Of a stretch of 15,620 nucleotides of DNA, positions 7,152-15,055 are shown in pieces. Within the stretch, counting starts at the first letter, position 1. Each line of letters opens with the position of its first letter. Source of the stretch: a virus (Duplodnaviria > Heunggongvirae > Uroviricota > Caudoviricetes); the IMG/VR virus record IMGVR_UViG_2663762841_000005, one strand, 5' to 3'. The notes below the pieces were generated by a model that did no database searches, was not told the origin of the DNA, and was given only the letters and a program-made list of their open reading frames with translations. The translations under genes were made by a program, and so were the position numbers.

Positions 7152-7370
7152 TCATTGCTGAAGGCGTCTGTAACAGCCGAACTGGTAATCTGCCAGCCCC
7201 GCCATAACCAACTGGGTCAGTATTAACTGACAGCGTTCGCGTGAAAGATATGTGTTTTGTGCAATCTCCCCGACTGTTGCCGGTTCGATGCTTAATTCAT
7301 TAAAAACAACTTTCGCCGTTTCTGTCATATCTTGCTGTTTTAGCATGTCTTTTTTCCTTCTGGTTAACAT
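7152..7370 (-). CDS. Hypothetical small protein (72 aa)
   Basis: ORF only; basic N-terminus, possible helix-turn-helix-like segment (ATVGEIAQNTYLSRERCQLIL). No confident family assignment. Confidence 0.4.
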   Translation of the reverse strand: MLTRRKKDMLKQQDMTETAKVVFNELSIEPATVGEIAQNTYLSRERCQLILTQLVMAGLADYQFGCYRRLQQ

Positions 7371-7467
7371 GACATACCAATAACTCTTGTCTAAAAAGCC
7401 AGCAAGATAAAAAGTCAGTATTCACGACCACCAGCGTGTTTACCGTACTGCACCAGGTTTACAGGTA

Positions 7468-7494
7468 CAAAAAAACCCGCTCTACGGCGGGTTT
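7468..7494 (-). terminator. Rho-independent terminator on the minus strand (AAACCCGC / GCGGGTTT stem, 6-nt loop, U7 tract)
   Basis: On the minus strand the 8-bp stem (plus-strand 7473-7480 / 7487-7494) is followed by a run of seven T; possibly the lambdoid tR'-type terminator downstream of a late promoter remnant. Confidence 0.6.
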
Positions 7495-7592
7495 AAGCTG
7501 TGTGGCGAAGTAACCACTCTTAACAGATTATGATAGTTTTTGCGTACGCGTTAGTAATTTATTATGCTCTTTACAATTGTTAGCTTAACCGC

Positions 7593-8759
7593 ATGGAATT
7601 GACCAAAAAAATGAGCAAAGCAAGCATACGCCACGTAATCGTTCATGAGCTCTTAAAAGAATCTAATAAAGACTTCGATCACTCCAAACCATACAATCTT
7701 CGTGATACAGAACTAGATAAAACAAATGATATAGTAAAAAAATTAGTAGACGGTGTTATTGATTTGTATGGTTCAAAAGGGAACTCAGCGCATTATGGTG
7801 TTTTTATTAAAAATAAAACAAAGCAAGGCCCTATACCAGAACTATTTCATAAATACTCTTTAGTTCAACAATCTGTTTCAAGTGATTTCATTGAATTATC
7901 GAAGGAAGTTATGAAACAAATGTATAAATCTGCTCAAGAGCAGATTTGGGCTTCTGGAGGATATGTTGTTTTTACTGATTATATTTTATCTGGTTTCCGT
8001 TATCTATTGGTTACAATGATCAAAAAAACTAATGGCGTAACTATTAGTGAAAATTTAGAGCCAGAGGAAATGATTCACTTAGAACTTGGTAATATTAACC
8101 AAGCAGCAAAAATAAATTTCAGATATTATGAAGAATACCAAAAAGCAGATGACTTAAAAAAAACAGACTTAAGTTATCTAAGCTTTATAAGCAAAACTAC
8201 GGGACAGTCAGCGGCAGCATATTTTATAGCAGCATTAGGATGTGACAAGGGGATTGCTTCAGCAGGTGCAACCCGTAAGTTACCAGATGAAATAAGGCGT
8301 TTCTTTAAGAAAGAACCTCTTTTAAAAAATCAAGCAGAGTCATTTAGAAATGATGTTATCAAATACTTAGAAAAGCAATTTGACAACGAGCACTCTGCAA
8401 GGCTTTCTGATATCGAATCGCTTGCTTCAGGCCATATGTCCTATTTAAAAGAGGAAGAAAAAACAGAACTTGTTGATAAATTAATGAAACACCTCAATAG
8501 TGAGGAAGTCAGAATCCCATCAGAGTTCGTAATCAATAAAAACTCCTTAGATAAAATCAGCAATGTGATATATAAAACCCCATCATTGAGCTTTCACTTC
8601 GACAAGGATTTACTCGGTGTCACAACTGATGCTAAAATATATTATGATGACGAAAACCAAAGCCTAACATTTAATAATTTGCCTGTTGAAGCATTAACTA
8701 AGATAAGAAGAGCGTTGAAAGAAACTGATAACCCAAGTAATGAAGAAGATAAAGAATGA
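7593..8759 (+). CDS. Nucleoid-associated protein NdpA/YejK-family homologue (divergent, AT-rich)
   Basis: 388-aa ORF with YejK-like blocks: IRHVIVHELLK near the N-terminus, GGYVVFTDYILSGFRYLLVTMIKKTNGVTISENLEPEEMIHLELGNINQAAKIN, and YLSFISKTTGQSAAAYFIAALGCDKG. The probable true start is the ATG at 7611 (MSKASIRHV...), which aligns with the YejK N-terminus; 7593 is the longest ORF. Its stop overlaps the start of the next gene (ATGA). Confidence 0.75.
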   Translation: MELTKKMSKASIRHVIVHELLKESNKDFDHSKPYNLRDTELDKTNDIVKKLVDGVIDLYGSKGNSAHYGVFIKNKTKQGPIPELFHKYSLVQQSVSSDFIELSKEVMKQMYKSAQEQIWASGGYVVFTDYILSGFRYLLVTMIKKTNGVTISENLEPEEMIHLELGNINQAAKINFRYYEEYQKADDLKKTDLSYLSFISKTTGQSAAAYFIAALGCDKGIASAGATRKLPDEIRRFFKKEPLLKNQAESFRNDVIKYLEKQFDNEHSARLSDIESLASGHMSYLKEEEKTELVDKLMKHLNSEEVRIPSEFVINKNSLDKISNVIYKTPSLSFHFDKDLLGVTTDAKIYYDDENQSLTFNNLPVEALTKIRRALKETDNPSNEEDKE

Positions 8760-9982
8760 ATGATTTTAGTATAATAGTTAATCTGTATAGATTATCAAGC
8801 TATCCTCATTTTGACGGGGCTAAGTTTTCTGCGCGTATAGCTTATAATGCAGACGTAAAATCATTGTTCAAAAGAATTTTGAACCCTACTTTTCAAGCTG
8901 GTACAGCTGACGAAATAGAGGTGGATGGTCATTTAATTTATGATTATGAAGACTTTCCTGAAAAGGGAAATTTTCTTACATACTCGTTTAAAATTTCACA
9001 AGGAAGTGCGAATCGTTTTTATAAAAATAAAAACGAGTTTGTAAAAATAAACACGCTCAAGAAAGGCATAATGCCAGAGTATTTCTATATTATAGAGGAT
9101 GATTTCTATTCATTAGAAACACCAAAACCTTCTTATATCCAAAAAATTGAGGACATTTGTGAGCTAATCAATGCTCTTTCCATGCTTGCTCATTTCCATG
9201 ATATAAAAAAAGATAGCAAAGGTACATTTTATCGTTTAGTCTTTATTTTAAACTCAGAGTCTAAATCTTCTTCTGCTGTAATTGAAACAAATATTACAGA
9301 AGAAATTTTTAATGATAAAACAGTAAATACTCAGTTAGTTAAAACATTAGTAAGTAGTGAAGCTACTACTGATGCCCATCACATTGAAAAGATTAACACT
9401 TTCAGAAACACAGTTATTGAGTATGTTAATAAAAATGGAAATTCCTTTGTCGAGTTAATTAACAAGTGGGATTTCATATGCGAACTTTATACGAACAACT
9501 TAGCTGCTTATATGTCGGCATTTTCTTTTCATAAAGCAAGGAAAGAAGTTGTTGATGCTGAACTCGATTACTCAGAAAAACTGTCAAAAATAATTTCAGA
9601 AATTTCTAACAAAGCTCTTGCAATACCTATTTCACTAGCTGGTTCAATTGCTATTTTCAAATTAACAACAAAAGCTGATTGGATTATTGCTTTAATTGGA
9701 TTGATTATCACAGCAATAATAACATCTGCAATGATTGTGTCACAAAAAAAACAACTTGCTCGTATTTCACACTCTAAAGAAATACTTTTTGGACAATTAA
9801 GATATAGAATAAAGGATGACACCAGCGATCTTAAAGAGAGCTTAGAAGAGGCTATTAAAAAATTAAATGACAATGAGGATTTTTGTCATAAGGTGCTTGA
9901 CAGTTTATTATCACTAGCATGGATGCCTACATTCATAGGCATCATCGGTATTTTATTTAAATTAATGCCAAATATTACTTGA
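8756..9982 (+). CDS. Hypothetical protein with soluble N-terminal domain and three C-terminal TM helices; candidate membrane effector partner of the NdpA-like protein
   Basis: 408-aa ORF, AT-rich, translationally coupled to the upstream gene (4-bp overlap). Predicted TM segments at about residues 287-302, 309-327 and 383-403 (nt about 9614-9964). No recognisable catalytic motifs. Its 3' end overlaps the 3' end of the convergent Q gene by 8 bp. Confidence 0.7.
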   Translation: MNDFSIIVNLYRLSSYPHFDGAKFSARIAYNADVKSLFKRILNPTFQAGTADEIEVDGHLIYDYEDFPEKGNFLTYSFKISQGSANRFYKNKNEFVKINTLKKGIMPEYFYIIEDDFYSLETPKPSYIQKIEDICELINALSMLAHFHDIKKDSKGTFYRLVFILNSESKSSSAVIETNITEEIFNDKTVNTQLVKTLVSSEATTDAHHIEKINTFRNTVIEYVNKNGNSFVELINKWDFICELYTNNLAAYMSAFSFHKARKEVVDAELDYSEKLSKIISEISNKALAIPISLAGSIAIFKLTTKADWIIALIGLIITAIITSAMIVSQKKQLARISHSKEILFGQLRYRIKDDTSDLKESLEEAIKKLNDNEDFCHKVLDSLLSLAWMPTFIGIIGILFKLMPNIT

Positions 9983-10334
9983 GCATGTACATAACCCCAT
10001 TAATGAAACCTAACGCAGTCTGCAATTGCTTCCGGATTGTTCCATCTGAGCATCTGCGTCTCTTCGCAATAGAACGCAGTGAAATACCTATAACGAAGTG
10101 AGCAATGATCAGCTCATATTCGTCTGGTTTATACTTACACAGGCGGGCAACACAGCCGTCTATCATGATGCCTTCATCATCATCACACTGAAGGCGTATT
10201 TTTTTACCATGAGGTAAAAGCCCCTTAAAGCCTGCTGCTATCGGCTGCCAGTCCACACCACTGTTATCTGCTGCAGCCCACGCTCCCCAGCGGTCTAAAA
10301 CTTCATACATATCACGCATCAACTTTCTCCACAA
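9975..10334 (-). CDS. Lambdoid antitermination protein Q (phage 82/21-type, QuuD-like)
   Basis: 119-aa product with LDRWGAWAA, IAAGFKGL, QCDDDEGIMIDGCVARL and CSDGTIRKQL blocks, matching the small Q-family antiterminators as I recall them. Confidence 0.8.
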   Translation of the reverse strand: MWRKLMRDMYEVLDRWGAWAAADNSGVDWQPIAAGFKGLLPHGKKIRLQCDDDEGIMIDGCVARLCKYKPDEYELIIAHFVIGISLRSIAKRRRCSDGTIRKQLQTALGFINGVMYMLK

Positions 10335-10336
10335 AA

Positions 10337-11332
10337 TCAGGCCAGCACGCCAATTGCCAGCGCACGATCGATAAAACGAAATATCAGCTCCAGCTGGGAG
10401 CCATACTTCTCTTCAAATGCCACGGTATCCGCATGCAGCTCGTCGTGATGCTTTCTGCACAAAGGCAACACAAAAAGGTCATGCGCTTTTGTTCCCATTC
10501 CACCCTGACCGTGACCTATCAGGTGGTGGGGATCATCAGCGGGCTTTCCACAACATGCACACGGCTGTGTCTTAACCCAGCGCGTGTACTTTTCATTAAC
10601 CCAGCGGCGACGTTTGGGGCGTAACATAAAAGACTCCGGCGACTCCGGATCCACTTTCAGCGCCAGCACCTTTTTCGCCTTATCCTGGATGATGCTGGTG
10701 GCAGGAACCGAAGGCACAAGGTCACTTTCCCGGGTAACAGACGGCACAACAGGCTTCGGTAATCTCAGTGCCTTACGGGCTGCACTTTCCGGTAAGGCAT
10801 CCGCCAGATCATTACGAATCAGCCACCAGCACAGTTCCGGCATTGTCACAACGTGACTGTCATCAAAACCGAGATCCCGACGCACAACAGACAACACCCA
10901 GCGGGCACAGTTATCCGTTGCCATTGATTCCAGCCGTTCCGTGAACTGATCGCGCAGCTGGTTATCGCAGTGCCAGCACAGACGGATTGCACCCGGAGCG
11001 TGTCGCATTGTGGTCATGTTCTCGCTGTGCCAGTCGGAATGAGGCCACTGGCAGCCTTTTTCACGAAGTAACCAGCTTTCAAGACATTCCACGCCACCAG
11101 CACGACGGATCACTGCCTCATTGCGGAACACGGCCCGAACGGCAGGATCATCCGCCAGCGGTTGTGATGCCGCCGGAACGGCACCACTGGCGAAAGATGA
11201 ATAACGCTCCGGCTCAGGCTCCAGCAGGACACGCCCCTGCATAAACAGGGGCATCAACTCTGAACCTGGCCTGAACAATACGATCCCCATACGCGGGGCA
11301 ATTTCAGGGGTCAGTAGTGCTCTCACGGTCAC
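10337..11332 (-). CDS. Phage protein, DUF968-like with C-terminal HNH/zinc-finger-like motif
   Basis: 331-aa ORF; the C-terminal CACCGKPADDPHHLIGHGQGG...CRKHHDELH cluster resembles HNH-type metal-binding motifs; position in the nin-like region upstream of Q. Confidence 0.65.
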   Translation of the reverse strand: MTVRALLTPEIAPRMGIVLFRPGSELMPLFMQGRVLLEPEPERYSSFASGAVPAASQPLADDPAVRAVFRNEAVIRRAGGVECLESWLLREKGCQWPHSDWHSENMTTMRHAPGAIRLCWHCDNQLRDQFTERLESMATDNCARWVLSVVRRDLGFDDSHVVTMPELCWWLIRNDLADALPESAARKALRLPKPVVPSVTRESDLVPSVPATSIIQDKAKKVLALKVDPESPESFMLRPKRRRWVNEKYTRWVKTQPCACCGKPADDPHHLIGHGQGGMGTKAHDLFVLPLCRKHHDELHADTVAFEEKYGSQLELIFRFIDRALAIGVLA

Positions 11333-11333
11333 C

Positions 11334-12131
11334 TCAATGAACGGTATCGAGCAGCTTTAACAGCTCAGGGAATCGGGATTCGAAGAAATGCGGCTGCGTC
11401 TCGCGCGGATTTGCGGGACTGGTGATGTTCTTGCCGAACATGCAACCTTTCGCTGTCAGCGACCAGAATTTTTTGATGTTGTTAATCGCGGTACGACTGT
11501 ATCGTTCGCGCTGCTCGACGATCCCCAGCTTCACCATCTGGTGATATGCCTGATTAGCTGTCAGGCGGATACCATACTGCTTCAGCAGTGCACTCAGTGA
11601 CAGCGTGGGGCGGCTTGAGCCATCAGGCGCGTCAGCAGGAGCATCAATGGCATAGCGCGGTGCCAGATTCGGTAAGCCAACAGCCTCCTGGAGTTTCTGA
11701 CAGGCACCAAGCACTGAAGAGTTAGACAGGTTTAATTCCCGGCGCATAAAGTCCAGCAGAATCACACCAGCCTGCATCTTGTCAGCAGCCTGTCCGGATA
11801 ATTTTTCCGGTGCGCTGGTTACCATGTCGAAAGTACGGATCACCTTAAGATGGAATGACGGGCTTATCCACATTGCATAGGCATACACCAGTTCTTTGCA
11901 GACATACGTCCCCTGGTTATTTCCGCCACGAATAACGTTAACTGGCTCTATATTGACCGAGTTGCAAATCTGCAACTCGCTTATTAAACGTTCAGTTTGC
12001 TCATTGCGGAGCCAGAATGCAGGCTTATGCTTATCCAGAGAACCGGCAGCCCTGTGCAGATCGTTCAGGCTGTAACGCCCATAAGCATCACGACGAACTT
12101 CAATACCATCAATAACCATCAGATTATTCAT
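11334..12131 (-). CDS. KilA-N domain protein (antirepressor-like)
   Basis: 265-aa ORF with an N-terminal KilA-N-like segment (MNNLMVIDGIEVRRDAYGRYSLNDLHRAAG...). Confidence 0.7.
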   Translation of the reverse strand: MNNLMVIDGIEVRRDAYGRYSLNDLHRAAGSLDKHKPAFWLRNEQTERLISELQICNSVNIEPVNVIRGGNNQGTYVCKELVYAYAMWISPSFHLKVIRTFDMVTSAPEKLSGQAADKMQAGVILLDFMRRELNLSNSSVLGACQKLQEAVGLPNLAPRYAIDAPADAPDGSSRPTLSLSALLKQYGIRLTANQAYHQMVKLGIVEQRERYSRTAINNIKKFWSLTAKGCMFGKNITSPANPRETQPHFFESRFPELLKLLDTVH

Positions 12132-12150
12132 ACTTCGTTTCTCCTCTTAA

Positions 12151-12540
12151 TCAGGCGGCTGCACCCGCCGGTTTCTCATACTTACTGATAGTGATCTCGA
12201 CCTTCCCTTTCGGGATAACCGGTCCCCACTCCACCAGCATTCTTTTCACCTGTCTGTCGTCTTCCCACACACCCGCGTGGGTCAACGCGTCAAACAGCGC
12301 CTTGTTATAGTTGTCCAGATCGCGGATCCGGTTATCCGGAGGAAACAACACGATCTCCACTGAAGCAGGTGCCGACGTTGGTTTCGGCAGACGACGTAAC
12401 TGCTCAACTATTGCTGCGCACGCCGCGCTCTGAAATTTTCGCCCCGCCTCGCTTATCAGGCTCTTACCAGCAAATGCCCCTTTGTTGGGGTGTCGCCAGT
12501 ACGTGTTCACACTGGGCGGGAAAGGAAGGATCAACTTCAT
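12151..12540 (-). CDS. rusA: RusA-family Holliday junction resolvase
   Basis: 129-aa product with RusA-like blocks (PPSVNTYWRH..., RDLDNYNKALFDALTHAGVWEDDRQV, VEITI). Confidence 0.85.
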   Translation of the reverse strand: MKLILPFPPSVNTYWRHPNKGAFAGKSLISEAGRKFQSAACAAIVEQLRRLPKPTSAPASVEIVLFPPDNRIRDLDNYNKALFDALTHAGVWEDDRQVKRMLVEWGPVIPKGKVEITISKYEKPAGAAA

Positions 12541-12863
12541 ACTTTCAGGCCCCTCTCATGTAACCAGTGGGCTGCACGCAACCTGGCGTTCTCCTCACCG
12601 GCAAGCAGTGCGCGGATGATACCGACCGCCTCGCTGTCGTCGTCCTTCACTGCGGTATGAAGCGTGATCCCCCGGGCCACGCCACGCTTTATCGTGATGA
12701 CGCCTTTTTTCTCCAGTGCGCGAAGATGCTCCACGGCTGCATTCACTGAACGGTATCCCAGCATGGTTGCCACCTCCTGATTGGTTGGCAGAAAGCCACG
12801 CTCTTGCTGGTAAGAAATCAGAATATCCAGCACCTGCTGCTGGCATTGAGTTAACGTCGTCAT
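12537..12863 (-). CDS. LexA-type N-terminal DNA-binding domain protein (no S24 peptidase domain)
   Basis: 108-aa ORF; the N-terminus LTQCQQQVLDILISYQQERGFLPTNQEVATMLGYRSVNAAVEHLRALEKKGVI resembles the LexA winged-HTH domain; overlaps neighbours by 4 bp on each side (operon context). Confidence 0.6.
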   Translation of the reverse strand: MTTLTQCQQQVLDILISYQQERGFLPTNQEVATMLGYRSVNAAVEHLRALEKKGVITIKRGVARGITLHTAVKDDDSEAVGIIRALLAGEENARLRAAHWLHERGLKV

Positions 12864-13546
12864 GCCGCCATCTCCCTAACCAGTTTTTCCGCCTGCTGGC
12901 GAACCTGCGCCAGAAACGCCTCACCACATGCCTCAAGTTCATCGCGCCCGATGTAGCTGATTGCCGGTCCCTTCCAGGTCTTATCGAAAACAGCAATAGC
13001 ACCAGCGAAGAAAGCGCCTGTCGGCACCTGCTTCTCATCCTTCGGGATAAACCAGGCAGGCAGTTCAAAACCAATACGCCCGCGAATAAAAGCAATATGG
13101 TCCGCATCTTCCGGCCACCACACTTCGCTGGTGGCAGCTTTGATCAGGAAAACATAGCGCCCACCCTTATCACGCATGGCACTGGCATGTTTCATGATGT
13201 AACGCATGCCGGTGATGTATTGCCCCTCATGCTGACTGGCGCGGCTGTATGGGGGATTACCAAAGGCAGCCCCTTTAAGCTCCGCAAGACGTTCTGACCA
13301 GTCATGCGCCAGCGCGTTGTCTTCCGCCGTGTAATACGCAGCACATTTGGCGTTATCACCGTCAGTGAACAGATCCAGAACAAACGGGCCAAACAGGGTG
13401 TTAATTCCCCAGAAAATGTTGTCCGGCGTGCGCCACTGATCGCCCACTTCCTTCAGTTCATGGGCTGGTTTGTTCCGCAGTTCCACCAGCGCCTGGCAAT
13501 ATTTATTACTCATTAAGCCCCCACGTAATTCCCTGACAGATACCAC
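12860..13546 (-). CDS. Phage Dam-like N6-adenine DNA methyltransferase
   Basis: 228-aa ORF with motif GNPPYS (DPPY-type) and similarity in layout to phage N-6-adenine-methyltransferase family proteins. Confidence 0.8.
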   Translation of the reverse strand: MVSVRELRGGLMSNKYCQALVELRNKPAHELKEVGDQWRTPDNIFWGINTLFGPFVLDLFTDGDNAKCAAYYTAEDNALAHDWSERLAELKGAAFGNPPYSRASQHEGQYITGMRYIMKHASAMRDKGGRYVFLIKAATSEVWWPEDADHIAFIRGRIGFELPAWFIPKDEKQVPTGAFFAGAIAVFDKTWKGPAISYIGRDELEACGEAFLAQVRQQAEKLVREMAA

Positions 13547-14007
13547 TCATCACCCGGTACAGCGCGCTTGCTGCTTTTCCGTAAACACCGCTCACGACGC
13601 GCAAGAAAATTGTTTCGCTCTGGCTGGGAGTGGCTTTCACGGAATGCCGCCATCCACACCGTTGCAGCACGACGGTATAAGCCCCTCGACTCCAGTTCTT
13701 CCGCCTGGCGGGTCAGGCACAAAATCACCCGGGGATCGTTAGTGCCGACATAGAAATTGCGCACAGGTCTGGTTTCACGAACTGGTTGCGGTTCCGCCTC
13801 CTGCGCTCTCTCAGTCAGGCGCGGGAAATGTCTGCGTGTATCCCCTTCACAACGGTGAGCCACACGACCACTCTGACGTAACTTGCTTGCTGACTGCAGA
13901 ACGCGCTGCCGTGAGTAACCTGCAAAAGCATCCGCAATGTCTCCGGAAGTACACCCCGGATGGGCTTCAATGTATTTCTGAACTTCATTCAAAAGACTCA
14001 TGATCAC
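13513..14007 (-). CDS. PerC-like transcriptional regulator domain protein
   Basis: 164-aa ORF; the C-terminal region QAEELESRGLYRRAATVWMAAFRESH...RRERCLRKS resembles PerC/Pch-family activators (AQELEAAGLWRRA...). The N-terminal start is uncertain because it overlaps the Dam gene by 34 nt. Confidence 0.5.
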   Translation of the reverse strand: MIMSLLNEVQKYIEAHPGCTSGDIADAFAGYSRQRVLQSASKLRQSGRVAHRCEGDTRRHFPRLTERAQEAEPQPVRETRPVRNFYVGTNDPRVILCLTRQAEELESRGLYRRAATVWMAAFRESHSQPERNNFLARRERCLRKSSKRAVPGDEWYLSGNYVGA

Positions 14008-14822
14008 CCCCTGAATCCTGCCGGGATCTGGCTGTAGTCCACGTTGTCGTAACTGGCTTTGAAGTACGGGTCCTCGCGTCTGGCTGCAGATACCGCAGGA
14101 ACTTCCCAGGATTCTTCGAAATGACGATCCGGACCAAAGAACGTGACAGCCTGTTTCACAAATTGTGTGCCGCTGTTACCCATCGCAGATACCCAGCCCG
14201 CGTAGCGTTTCACACCTTCCAGCATGGTTTCGGGGTTTACCCCCTCATTCAAACGGGCTTTCCAGGCTTTGAAGGCTGCAGATTTTGAATTGCCACCAGC
14301 ACGTTTGGGATATACCAGCCATGCCTGCTCAAACTCCGGAGAGTATTCCGGTCGGTTTGAACGAACTCGCACGGACTCATCAACTGATGCACCAACAGCT
14401 ATTGGTTCATTGACTGGTTCTTTGACTGGTTCAAAAGAGTGACTGGTTCTGGGTGAATCTCCTGCACTACCCCCTGGTGCAACTCCTGCACTACCTGGTG
14501 AATTTGCTGCACCAGATAGTGAATTATTTGCACTACCCCCTAGTGAATCTCCTGCACCATCCAGATGAAGGAGATAGATATTACTTGAGTTACCTTTTTC
14601 ACCTTTCCGGGTGACTTTTTTTACCAGCCCGGACTCACAAAGGGCCGCAATATGATTCATCACAGAACGTTTGCTAATCTCGCACTGGTCAGCAATATGC
14701 TGGTAGCTGGGCCAGCACTCACCCTGATCGCTGGCATTATCAGCCAGCTTGATCAGAACCAGTTTTCGCAATGGATTACCCACTCGAATTTTCATCGCTT
14801 TAACCATCAGCTCCATACTCAT
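14004..14822 (-). CDS. Phage replication initiation protein: N-terminal HTH (replisome organiser-like) and C-terminal DnaT-like domain, with internal iteron region
   Basis: 272-aa ORF; N-terminal HTH-like segment (WPSYQHIADQCEISKRSVMNHIAALCESGLV), low-complexity Gly/Ser/Ala linker encoded by tandem repeats, and a C-terminus YSQIPAGFRG resembling the DnaT (primosomal protein I) C-terminus. Confidence 0.75.
   Translation of the reverse strand: MSMELMVKAMKIRVGNPLRKLVLIKLADNASDQGECWPSYQHIADQCEISKRSVMNHIAALCESGLVKKVTRKGEKGNSSNIYLLHLDGAGDSLGGSANNSLSGAANSPGSAGVAPGGSAGDSPRTSHSFEPVKEPVNEPIAVGASVDESVRVRSNRPEYSPEFEQAWLVYPKRAGGNSKSAAFKAWKARLNEGVNPETMLEGVKRYAGWVSAMGNSGTQFVKQAVTFFGPDRHFEESWEVPAVSAARREDPYFKASYDNVDYSQIPAGFRG
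14410..14562. repeat. Iteron-like direct repeats inside the replication gene: 3 x TGACTGGTTC, then about 5 tandem 21-23-bp units (consensus about GGTGAATCTCCTGCACTACC)
   Basis: TGACTGGTTC at 14411, 14423 and 14440; tandem units starting near 14452, 14476, 14497, 14519 and 14542. The arrangement (iterons within the initiator gene) parallels lambda ori within gene O. Confidence 0.6.
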
Positions 14823-15055
14823 GCTGCACCTCCGAGATGCTTCATGTTTTTTCCGGAGCGAAAGGCTATAAGCGGCATACTGACGCGGTAATTACGGCCC
14901 AGCGGTTCACAAATCACCTTCTGGCATTCACGGTCAACCAGGCTAACACGTAGAACATGCCCTGCAGGTGTGGTGTACCACTGCCCAACTGTAGGAATTG
15001 ATGTTTTTTTACGCTGAAGCAAACGGCAAATATTGAGGATCAACGGATTAAGCAT
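14819..15055 (-). CDS. Hypothetical phage protein (78 aa)
   Basis: ORF with a 4-bp overlap to the downstream replication gene; no family recognised. Confidence 0.35.
   Translation of the reverse strand: MLNPLILNICRLLQRKKTSIPTVGQWYTTPAGHVLRVSLVDRECQKVICEPLGRNYRVSMPLIAFRSGKNMKHLGGAA

Noticed and set aside
9568-9873. Minus-strand ORF 9568..9873 (101 aa) antisense to the TM-protein gene
   Set aside because: Lies wholly inside the plus-strand 408-aa ORF and mirrors its TM-encoding region (hydrophobic codons read antisense); no RBS.
10433-12188. Plus-strand ORFs antisense to the DUF968, KilA-N and RusA genes (10433..10624, 10584..10856, 10987..11244, 11388..11600, 11997..12188)
   Set aside because: All are embedded in longer minus-strand genes with recognisable phage protein features; the compact 4-bp-overlap operon structure on the minus strand leaves no room for them.
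14452-14562. Possible CRISPR array suggested by regularly spaced repeats
   Set aside because: The units are directly tandem with no unique spacers, are imperfect, and lie inside a coding sequence; there are no cas genes. Interpreted as iterons instead.
12369-14891. Alternative-frame and antisense ORFs across the Dam / PerC-like / replication gene region (12369..12563, 12567..12749, 12595..13107, 12716..13297, 13192..13392, 13304..13516, 13470..13742, 13568..13753, 14224..14442, 14652..14891) and 15251..15559
   Set aside because: They overlap better-supported genes; several are Arg/Pro/Ser-rich low-complexity translations typical of wrong frames in GC-rich DNA.
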